A DNA stretch of 64,000 nt, from assembly GCA_004431415.1 (NCBI GenBank), contig QPMI01000712.1:5685-69684 (forward strand), written 5' to 3'. This DNA comes from Cyanophora paradoxa CCMP329 (Eukaryota; Plantae; Glaucophyta). The first letter of the stretch is position 1. Each line of letters begins with the position of its first letter. A model generated the notes under the pieces. It saw only the letters and a program-made list of their open reading frames with translations, ran no database searches and was not told where the DNA came from. Positions 47,862-57,667 of this stretch are shown here, piece after piece. Position numbers and translations under genes: made by a program.

Positions 47862-48757
47862 ATGAAGCTCCGCGTAAATGTCGATTCTAGGGACCGGTTC
47901 GAAGGCACGTCCTCGAATTTCAAGATCAATCTCCCAAGGCCCCTCGTTAATGTAAAGTCGGTGCGAGTTGATTCGCTAGAACTGTTTCATAACATGTTCA
48001 ACCTGTCCACACAAGCCGCAATTATCACCGGCACCCTTGATCCCTCTGGCGTTGAGAAAACACGTGCCAACACTTTCAAGCCCGGAGTCTATACGCCAAC
48101 CTCCTTGCAAACTATCTAAGCACGCTTCTTAAAACCCAGCAGTATAGTTACGGCGGAACTACTTATCAGCGCAAGTTCGTCGTTCAGTTCGAAGAGATCT
48201 CAATGCGGCTTAGGTTCCTGTGTGAAGCGGACTTTATTTTGAGCTTCACATCGGCCGAACTATCGAACCTGCTCGGGTTTGCGAAGACTCTCAGTGACCT
48301 TTCCAGTGAGCTTGACACACCTGAGACAATCGATGGCGTACAATATTCGTACGAGCTGTTCAGCGATATGCCAGTTGATCTACTTTATCACACGTATTTG
48401 TTCCTGTACATTCAGCAGATCAAAGGCCCGATCTTGACACTTAACCCCTATACAACGGGCTCGATCGCAAAGATTCACATCGACTCAAAATTCGGGGAGC
48501 TCATCAAGTTCACATCTGAGGATCGTGTTCCCGTCACAGGCTTCGATCGAAACGCTGAGCTGTCTGAACTTGACATATCGCTGCGCTATCATAATGGAAC
48601 AGACGCTGTCACAAACACAGAGTTCTCGTTCGTGCTAGAGTTCGATATCGAGGATGTCTCTTACACGTCTGCTGCTGCTAAATCCGCAATTAAGAATGCA
48701 GCCAGCGAGTACGTCCCTTCGACAGATCGTTCGCATAAGTTTTTTCCCACTGCTTAG
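47862..48757 (+). CDS. Minor capsid (penton, single jelly-roll) protein
   Basis: VNVDSRDR..SNFKINL..NVKSV, GVYT, LLGF, YLFLYI, IAKI, LSELDISLRYHNG..EFSFVLEF; one frameshift at ~48115. Confidence 0.85.
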
Positions 48758-48764
48758 TTAAAAG

Positions 48765-49172
48765 ATGCCTCCGCGAAAGAAGTCGACAGACATGCAGTCT
48801 CGGCTGCGCACTCCGCAGCTTGAAGTCGCTTCCAGCCCTACTAAGAAGAATCACATCGAGTTCTTGAGTGGTGATACTGGTGCTTACCCGCTAGTCCGTC
48901 GCGCTGGTGGCGGTGAGGGTGCATCCATCGATTACGCTCTTACCGCCGACGAGAACGCTATTCTTGATAAGATCCCGAATTCGCGGACTAAGAAGACCAA
49001 GACTAGCAAGCTAAAGGATACTGACGATGGGCCGCTGTACATCTCAGAGACGGCTAATCGTAGCAGGTATTTCATTAAAACTGTGACCGGTCTTAAGACA
49101 GTTTCAAAGAAGCGAGCTAGTGACCTTATAGCTGGCATCGCGGCTGAGACTAAGATGGAAACAAGATTTTAA
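48765..49172 (+). CDS. Small basic viral protein (possible core/DNA-condensing protein)
   Basis: Intact 135-aa Lys/Arg/Thr-rich ORF starting 8 bp after the penton stop. Confidence 0.6.
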   Translation: MPPRKKSTDMQSRLRTPQLEVASSPTKKNHIEFLSGDTGAYPLVRRAGGGEGASIDYALTADENAILDKIPNSRTKKTKTSKLKDTDDGPLYISETANRSRYFIKTVTGLKTVSKKRASDLIAGIAAETKMETRF

Positions 49173-49459
49173 ATGAACCGATCACGAAGACAAAGATCGA
49201 GAAGAAGGTTGCCCCTCCTGCAGCTGCTGTTCTGCCAAGACGATCGTTGCGATCCCTGAGGTCGATGAGAATGCTAGCGAGCTGCCTGTAGCTAACGCAT
49301 CGATCTGCGCATCGCCTCTAGCAGTGCTGATCCTGTCGGGCCGGCGATCGAGTACAAGCCAATGCTGAGCGGCTTCACTAAGCTAGGGCTCCGGCATCGC
49401 TGGGAGTGACCGAGTGGCGCAGAGAAAGTCTTACCCGAAAAATGGTCGAATTACAGTAA
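49173..49459 (+). CDS. Possible small viral ORF (frameshifted)
   Basis: ATG directly after the previous TAA; reads as ...ITKTKIEKKVAPPAAAV..IPEVDENASELPVANA if single-base indels are corrected. Confidence 0.3.
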
Positions 49460-50252
49460 GCTAGCATAAAAGTGAAGTATTAGTTTCTAAACTTCTATGC
49501 TGGCATAAAAGTGAAGTATTAGTTTCTAAACTTCTATGCTGGCATAAAAGTGAAATATTAGTTTCTAAACTTCTATGCTGGCAATGTCCAGAAGTATTAA
49601 TATATATTAAGTAACTTCTGGGCAATGCCCAAAGGTAATATCTATTCTTTTAATACTTCTGGGCAATGCCCAAAGGTAATATCTATTCTTTTAATACTTC
49701 TGGGCAATGCCCATAGGTGATATCTATTCTTTTAATACTTCTGGGCAATGCCTATAGGTAATATCTATTCTTTTAATACTTCTGGGCAATGCCCATAGGT
49801 TATATCTATTTTTTAAAAAACTTCGAGGCATGTCCACAAGTACTTTGGACAAATGTTCACGTCCAGAGGTCGCTAAGCGACTTTGGACAAAAGTTCACGT
49901 CCAAGATCCTCAACCCTGCTGGCACATCCCAACGCATGTTTTGCACAATCCAACCTCTAGTATAGCCTCGTTTGCACTATTGGAGATGTCTGCACGAGTT
50001 GCTAGCTGACTTGGGTGTCGTTCTGGAGTTCGTGACTTTGGACAAAAGTTCACGTCCAAGATCCTCAACCCTGCTGGCACATCCCAACGCATGTTTTGCA
50101 CGATCCGACCTCTAGTATAGCCTCGTTTGCACTATAGGAGACGCCTGCACGAATTGCTAGTTTACTTGGGTGGCGTTTTGGAGTTCGTGACTTTGGACAA
50201 AAGTTCACGTCCAAGGTCGCCTAGTGACTTTGGACAAAAGTTCACGTCCAAG
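49460..50252. repeat. Viral subterminal repeat block: 3x39 bp, 5x41 bp, then 5 palindromic ~27-mers including a ~155-bp duplication
   Basis: 39-bp period at 49464/49503/49542; 41-bp period at 49614/49655/49696/49737/49778 (core GGGCAATGCCC); ACTTTGGACAAAAGTTCACGTCCAAG-like units at ~49843, 49880, 50035, 50190 and 50227. Confidence 0.9.
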
Positions 50253-50323
50253 ATCTCCAAGCTTCTAGGCAACCTCACTCATAGGTGTCAGATCGCTGAT
50301 TCACAGACCGGCGCGTTTGGGGG

Positions 50324-50567
50324 CCCGCCTCAATTCACTGCTATATCGTTTTGCATTATCGATCGACCTAGACACCAGATACTACCTAGCGGTTGCTGGA
50401 TGGAAGGGGAGGTAGACCAGAGGGAGAGAAGGGCGGTAGACGTAGCGAGAGAGTGGGAAAGAATGAGGGCTGGGAAGGCGCTGGAGTGGGTGAGTGAGGG
50501 GTGGGTTTGGGGGTTGAGGGTGGCAAAGAGGGCGGGCCCACCCTGATGGGGGTACTCTCATTTTTTT
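50324..50567 (-). repeat. Right terminal inverted repeat of the virus
   Basis: Reverse complement of 39302-39544; ends ...ACTCTCATTTTTTT. Confidence 0.95.
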
Positions 50568-50573
50568 GCTGGG

Positions 50574-50656
50574 CACTGTACTCTTCCGTGCCCCAAGGAT
50601 ATATTGAGGACTACCTCTTTCATCTGTCCTCCGACCTGGCCGACCTCGGCTTTTGA
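50574..50656 (+). CDS. Tyrosine recombinase, 3' part with the probable catalytic Tyr
   Basis: Removing the virus and one TSD gives HGRW-ALYSSVPQGYIEDYLFHLSSDLADLGF-TGA in frame. Confidence 0.85.
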
Positions 50657-50840
50657 GCCGGCGCCGCCGGCGCCTCTCTCACCCGCGGCCGGCCCCTACA
50701 TAATGTTCACTAGGAGTGTGACACCATTGTAGCCCTGACTCTTTATAATACAATTTTGTCTCTTCGAACCCGCTTGGTCTGCGCGGCACCCTCAGAGACC
50801 TTCCCGACGCTCTTTCAACTGGCTGTGACCTGACTCTTGT

Positions 50841-51341
50841 TTGGTAGGGGTACAGCACTCGTGCGATGTTTTCACGCACAATCGCCACCCCGCGCCTCGG
50901 CGGCGGTACCCGGGACCGCTTACCGGCCCGGGTAGAATCGCGTACCCCGCGCCGGGTACAGCATTCGCCCCGCCAGGCCCCGTCAGGCGTGGCTCGAGCT
51001 GAACGCGTACCCTGCTCAGGGGTACGCCAAAACCTCCGCCTCGGCCACGAGAATCCGGTACCCGCCGCACGGGTACGGGATTACTCAGCCTTACCGCCGC
51101 TCCGGTCCGGAGCAGGGGTAGCTTTCACCCGCCTCCGGAAGGAAGCGGCCGAAAGAGCATAAGGCGACCGCCCTGGTCGGTCGCCGACGTGTTATCCCCA
51201 CGTTAGGTCTCGGGAAAGCAGCATCCAGCTGCCGTACCTTCAGGGCCACTCCGATGCGCTATACCGTGCATCCCTTTAGAATAGTCGTAGGCAAGTTAGG
51301 CTAGCTAGGCTTCTCTGATTCCGAATGAAGCGAGGCGTAAA
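50841..51341 (+). repeat. Split direct repeat B1 (~500 bp)
   Basis: Matches 51759-52257 and ~57902-58398. Confidence 0.9.
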
Positions 51342-51656
51342 TCGGGGTTTGCGCAATTAAGCGTAAACCGAGTTTTGCGCCGACGGAATGAATAGAAGAG
51401 AAGCCAGAGCGCCAACTGCCTACCTTAGCTAGAAGGACCGAGCGACCGGACCGGCCTAAGCGACGGGTCCGGGCCTCGAGCACGGTATAGCAGAATTCGA
51501 GTTCTGCACCGACTCCGGGGAGAACTCAGAATTTGATTCGGTCGCGCCCTGAGGCGAACGAAGGCCGGGGTACGGCCATTCCTTCGGCTGCCCTTCGGCA
51601 TAACTTCGTCCTTGGTTGCCAGCTTGACCAGGCACCCAGCGGCGAAGCGAAATCGC
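51342..51656 (+). repeat. Split direct repeat A2
   Basis: Matches A1; abuts B1 directly. Confidence 0.92.
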
Positions 51657-51758
51657 TCCCGCCCTCCTCCCCGCGTTTTCACAATCGGCTGTTTGTGGAT
51701 GCGACGGCTCTATCCTTTTCCAACGCGCTACGAGTATCCGTAGAATACTCTGGCAATC

Positions 51759-52257
51759 TTGGTAGGGGTACAGCACTCGTGCGATGTTTTCACGCACAAT
51801 CGCCACCCGCGCCTCGGCGGCGGTACCGGACCGCTTACCGGCCCGGGTAGAATCGCGTACCCGCGCCGGGGTACAGCATTCGCCCCGCCAGGCCCCGTCA
51901 GGCGTGGCTCGAGCTGAACGCGTACCCTGCTCAGGGTACGCCAAAACCTCCGCCTCGGCCACGAGAATCCGGTACCCGCCGCACGGGTACGGGATACTCA
52001 GCCTTACCGCCGCTCCGGTCCGGAGCAGGGGTAAGCTTTCACCCGCCTCCGGAAGGAAGCGGCCGAAAGAGCATAAGGCGACCCGCCCTGGTCGGTCGCC
52101 GACGTGTTATCCCCACGTTAGGTCTCGGGAAAGCAGCATCCAGCTGCCGTACCTTCAGGGCCACTCCCGATGCGCTATACCGTGCATCCCTTTAGAATAG
52201 TCGTAGGCAAGTTAGGCTAGCTAGGCTTCTCTGATTCCGAATGAAGCGAGGCGTAAA
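51759..52257 (+). repeat. Split direct repeat B2 (right end of the YR element)
   Basis: Matches B1; ends GCGTAAA, after which gypsy sequence resumes. Confidence 0.9.
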
Positions 52258-55200
52258 GTACGCGCGCGACTCCTCTGCCTTCGTCGTAGTGATGTAGTTC
52301 ATGATGTTAGTGAAGCGCGTGCGGCCTTCGTACGGGTCGACAGGCGCGCCGTGGGGGCCGTGACCAATGTAAATGTGGGGGATCTGACGAAGGAGGCTGT
52401 CGTTGTCCGGATCGCCCAGGGAGTGACGCAGGGGGAGGACGTCGACGATCTGTACCGCCCGGTAGGCTTCGCGGCTAGTGAACGTGATGGGCCGCCTCGT
52501 CGCCGCGTCGACGGTGGCGTGATTGTAAACGAATTGTTCCAACCAACCGTGGAGTAGCGCCCGCGCCTGCGGTTCGCGACTGAAGATGGCGGCGCCGAAT
52601 TCATTGTAGAATGGATCGAATGTGAAGTTGCCATATTCGGCGTGACGGAATTGCTCGTGTATGTCGGCGTATCGCTGTTCGAAATCCATAATAGCGTTGC
52701 GCACTGCGCTCGCGTTGACGTCATAGACACTGGACGATGCGGGTGTGACGGATCGTTCGTGGGATCGAAGTCAGCGCCCCGGACTTGGGCGTTGAGTGCG
52801 TTGATGACTCCATCCGGGAGTCGGAATGCTACGGGCCAGCAGTGTTTCGATCCATGTCGACATCTTCGCGAGCCGCCGGGGGTGTCTCGTGCTTGATCTG
52901 GACCGCCAACCAGTCGTTGGTTGCCTTGTGCAGTAGGGATTCGAAGGCTGTGATTAAATGTGCCGGGTCGACGCGTTCGCAGTCAGGGTACTCGACCTCG
53001 TACCATTTGTCGAGTTTGGCACTGCGCGCCACTTCGCCTGAAGCCGTGAAGCGGAAGTGCAGCTCATCCTCGTGGCTACGAACGTAGTCGATGATGATGT
53101 TCCCGAGTTCCCCCGGTAGGGGCTCGAGGAAGAACGACAAGGCACCGTGCAGCTTGACTGCCGCCGCCAGGTACGCTGCGATTCCGTACACCAAGTGTGT
53201 ACCGAAAGCGGGAACCCCAGGACCTGGTGGACGACGGGGGGCGTTGCAGGCGCGGTGCCCGTGGGCCCGCGACGACGCAGAGACACGACGACGCCCCCAG
53301 GGCCAGTGTAGTCATTGACGGACACCGGGAAGTACTTGGGGTCGGGGCCGCACGGGTGCGGCCCGCCGCCTCGTTTGGGGGTTTCCTCGTGCCGCGATGA
53401 TCTGCTGCCAGGTGTTCCGGTTGTTCGCGTCGAAGATAGTGATGTGCGAGCGGTTCTGGATCGCGTTGGGGGCACCGCGGCTGGGTCCGGCCGGTGCAAC
53501 GTGCGTGAATCGGACGATTCGAGGGCCGCACAGGTCAGCATTGGCCGGCGTAAGAGTCATGGGCGGCGCGTTGAGGTCGTCGGGCATGGCAATCTCGTAG
53601 AAGCATCGTTCGACATCTTGACGTGAAGCGGAGTCACGAGGTGCGCGTGGTTGTCCTCGTCGTAGATGCAGTCGAAGTAGTCGCATACTTGTTGGCCGGG
53701 TGGAACTCGTCGGCGGCCGTGATCAGGAACGATCGGAAGGGCAGGCCCGCGCGGTTGTGCTGGCTGAGTTCGCCATGGCCGGGAGCACCGGCGCGGTACG
53801 GGTAGGTGCCGGGCCGACGCCGTAGCGTAGGACACGACTGAGTGCTCGCGAGAAGTTCGACAGCGTACGTGCATCTTCATGAGGAATGGGCGCATGTACG
53901 GGACGCGCCGGAGAAATGCCTCGAGACCAGAGTCGCCGAGTAGCACGTATGGCATGTGGACCTCACCTAGGACGTGCATGTACTTCTTTGTCGTGGTGGC
54001 GGGATGAACTGGGGGTGGGTCCCGAGTCGGGATTCCCTCCAGCTCTTCGACCGGCGGCGGCTCCGGGAGCTCCTCCGGTCTGTGCCCGTCCTCCACAGTG
54101 AGCTCCTCGGTCAGATCAGCCGTCTGTCCGAACGGGGCTGGGCCTCCGAGGATGTGAGCCGCGACGGCGAAGATGTGGGGCGCGTGTCGCCCATGTTCCT
54201 GGATCGTTTTGCAGTACGCTGTGGCCAGGAAGTCCGTGTTCGTGAAGAGAAGCGGTGTCATGAAGATGTGATAGGAGGTATCCCGTCCCGGATCAGTATC
54301 CAGAGGTAGGAAGTCACCTCCAGCTCGCGTCTCCTCGGGGCTGTATGTGCGCATGCCGTACGGAGTGGGGGCGAGGATTGTGGAGACGGATTGGGTACCA
54401 GTCGTTGATCGTTTGGGCGAATAATTCCCCGTTGATATGATTGTTGCGCCGTCCAAAACCCGCATAGAACGTGTCGCGCTCGTTCTCCGTCGAATCAGGT
54501 CGCGGTTCCCGTCGGACCATCACGCCGCTCAGATCCGGCACACTCCGTGCTGGTAGCCAGCGCCGTCGACGACCGTGAAGCCCTTCGCCCATTCCTCGTT
54601 GAGGAAGGCCCAGAAATAGACGTCAGAATGTCAGCGTTCTCCGAGAGTAGCACCTCCTTGAAAGAACAGTGTGGAGTTCGCTCAAAATTCTGGAGATGAT
54701 GGAGTCGACCTCCTCGGGAGTGAGCCGGGCGGCCTTGCGCTCCTTCTTCTGCAACTTCTCGTCATTCGGTCGCTTCTCGCGGGGGCGCTTGCGCTCTGTT
54801 CCGTAGACCATAGCGCGGCGCGAAGCCCCAAGTACGTGTTGGAGTTCCAGAAGTGTCCTTGCTCATGTCGTCGACAAGTCCAACGAGGGAATCCCAGTCA
54901 GGAACGCGAGGCAAGATGTCGATGCCGTCCGACGTCCACTGTGTCAGGTATCCGTACTCGTCAACGTCGCGCTCAGGGGGCCGTGGGACCGGGACGGCGA
55001 GAGGTCGGTGACGGTACCATCGGACTGGGGAGGACAGGGAGTAGGTGATCGCGGTAGCGCGGGTAAAGCATGCAGTAGAACAGATTCAATCGATGCTCGG
55101 CGTCCAGGAGGAAGGCCCGTGTTACCGCCAAGCGCTGGGTGGTCGTAGCCTTGCTAAGTGCAGTGTCGAGTCGAGCGACGAGGCCGAAAGCAAGCTTGCT

Positions 55201-57667
55201 CACAGTACGAGTGCTTGACTCCGTCTCGAGCTTGTACGCGCGACGCATGGCCTCGAGAGTCAGCTGGAGGATATGGGAGCGCCACGCAGTTTTGCACGCC
55301 AGGAGCGCCGCCTCTTCAGGGTGCACCATTATGTAACGGTCAGAGTTGTAATAGAGCTCGACAGCTGCTCGGGCTGCTTCGGGTGAAGACGGGGCGTGCA
55401 GTCGCGATTCGAGACGGATCGGTTTGCCCTTCTTGGCGAGTTGACGCTTGTGCATGAACGTAGTGATTGACATCGCGACAACGGTGGTGTCATGTAGCTC
55501 GGCGAGCCTTGCCAGCGCAGTCGTCTCCGTGACAGACGTGGCGACGACGTTCGTGAAATTTGAGGGAGGACGCCGGAGCGGTGACGGGACAGTCCGTGCC
55601 GAAGACGTGGTGTAGGTCGGACTCGCTGACGGGGCGTGCGCAGACGATGGACATCGCGTGCCGCGACCACTGCTAACTGGCTGTTCAGCCGGATCTCCTC
55701 CGCGAGCTCGGCGGTCGCCCGCTGGTTCGTAGCCGGGTTCGCGTCGGATTTCGGGTTGAAACGGGACGTGTAGTAACGGCGCAGGAAGTTGCCGGGGCCC
55801 TCGACGTCGGCTGTGATGTTGACGAGGCGGAGTACGTTCTCGACTTGCTCGGTGAGCATTGACAGCAACGGCGCGTGACTCGTCGGCCATGGACGGTCGG
55901 AGCTCGGTGCTGGGTCACGAACGTCGTAGAGGTGAGCAAATCGGCTATCCCCGTAGCGGTCGCGCGTCTCGTCCCACTTGTAATGGTCGAAGTATGCAGC
56001 GATGTCCCACGCCCGCGCCAGGGCCGTCGAACGCATCGACAAGGCGATGTCGGGCGGCGGTGAACCGTGTCGAAGCGTAGACAGATAGATGTCGTCAGGT
56101 CCTGTGAGCGGGGCCGTGAACTTGACAGTTTGGACCAGTTGCCTGATTGTTGCAAGGCGCGTCGCCGTGTTCGTGATCTTGTCGAAGTTCAAGACCGTTC
56201 ATCGCTCTCCGTCATCTCCACGTCGTAGTGCAGCGTCCGGAGATTGCGGGCAAGGTTGACAGCCCTGAAGGATGCACGGTACGACTGGAGTCTTGGACTG
56301 GTGTACAAGAGTGAACTCTGTCGGTGTCAAACCAAACAGCTCCAGCATCTCTGGCCGTCCGAGGACATCGGCGAGCGGGTCGTTCGGGTGAGGCCACGTG
56401 GTCGCCGTCTCCCCAGGCGCGAAGGGCTGAGCCCGCGCGAGGCGCATGATGACGTGGATGACGGAGCGGAATTCGGTCAGATGTTGAAGGAGGTAGTGAG
56501 CCTGGTCACTCGGGCGAGTACCAGCAACGGTTGCCCAGTAGGCGTGTTGCTGCGGGCAGCTGCGAGGTGCATGCAGCTCGTGAGCTCGCTGGCGGCGAAG
56601 AGGGTCGGCGTCTCAGGGGTCTTGCGCCAATCCGTCGTCGTCGTTGTGACCATGAAGCGTCGCGGCGTGTCCAGGTACGCACGCAGCTGGTTGTGCACCA
56701 CGGGCTTGAGGCGAAGGATCGTCCAGGCGTGGCGGTGTCCAAGGTCGGCGGCCACGTCCTTGATCTCGGGCTCCGAGTCGCTGGACGTGTCTTCGTCGGT
56801 GTCAGGAGGACTGTCACGGTCGTCGTGAGGGCTCGGCAAGGTCGGCGTGTCGACGATGATCCCCCTCGAAACGCGCGGGTCGCCCATGGGCACGTCCTCG
56901 GTCCTCTCAGTGCCCGACGAGTCGGCAGTCGTCGAGTCAGGCATCGACGCGTCGGTCGTGCAGTGTAGTCGGGTGAAGTGACGGGATCGGCAGCATCGGG
57001 GGTTGGGCCGGGCTCTGCGGCGGGGCCGCCGTCACAGTCGTGGCCGGGGCTGGCGGGGCGTCGGACGGGGCCAGTAGCTCAGGCGCAGGCGACGGGGCCG
57101 TCGAGACCGCAGCCACGGCCGTGGGGGACGGGACGCTGTGCGGGGTCGTCAGCGAGGTCGCCATCGCCGGTGCGATGGGCGAAGCATCTCGAGCGGCCGT
57201 CGACGAGACCGGCGTCTCGAGAGCGGGCGTCGGGGCCACCGGAGTCGTCGTCACGGGTGCAACGGGCTGGGCGTCCGGAGTCGTCGTCGCGGGTGCAACG
57301 GGCTGGGCGTCCGGAGTGTCCGTCGACGAGGCCGTCACCTCGGGCGCAGGGGGTAGGTCGTTCCGCGGGGCCGGGGGCTCCGGGACGTCGGTCGGCGGTG
57401 TCACCGGTGCCGTTGGGCACGTCATGTCGTCATCGTGGTAGTGAGGGTTGCCCGGGGTCTGGGGCCGGCTGGTATGAATCGGGAGCGCGCGGCCGCGGCC
57501 CCTGACCGTTCCCCCGTGCCTCGCCGATTGGCGCGGTGGAGCCTGTGCTGCCGCAGTACGGCGACGGGCGTCCATGGTGCGGCCACGAGCAATACCACCG
57601 ATTGCAGCCTGCAAGTAGGGGGCTTGCGCCGCGGCCTGCACCGGGTCCTCTCCCTTGGCAGCTTCGG
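52258..57667 (-). CDS. Gypsy pre-protease giant ORF, upstream part (indel-rich copy)
   Basis: Same sequence as 58399-63832 but with many more single-base deletions. Confidence 0.6.

Larger units (their letters stand above)
39302..50567. mobile_element. Endogenous Polinton-like virus (11,266 bp), complete with TIRs and 6-bp TSD
   Basis: TSD GCTGGG at 39296-39301 and 50568-50573; TIRs; pPolB, rve integrase, A32 ATPase, MCP and mCP; intronless, tightly packed genes; much lower GC than the host. Confidence 0.93.
30492..52257 (+). mobile_element. DIRS-order tyrosine-recombinase retrotransposon with split direct repeats (PAT/Ngaro-like); full-length copy 2, ~10.5 kb without the viral insert
   Basis: A1 30492-30806, ORF1, RT-RH, YR, B1 50841-51341, A2 51342-51656, 102-bp spacer, B2 51759-52257. 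No TSD. Confidence 0.92.

Noticed and set aside
39718-48757. Calling the viral and retroelement genes pseudogenes, or invoking programmed frameshifts
   Set aside because: The breaks I examined are mostly single-base losses in homopolymers, differ between duplicate copies and also occur in a host gene. Sequencing error is more likely, though decay cannot be excluded without reads.
49460-50252. CRISPR-like array
   Set aside because: Units are head-to-tail or separated by near-identical or very unequal spacers; no cas genes; eukaryotic viral context.
39302-50567. Classification as a true virophage (Lavidaviridae/EMALE)
   Set aside because: The MCP is ~410 aa rather than the larger virophage type, and no cysteine protease is seen; Polinton-like virus is the safer call.
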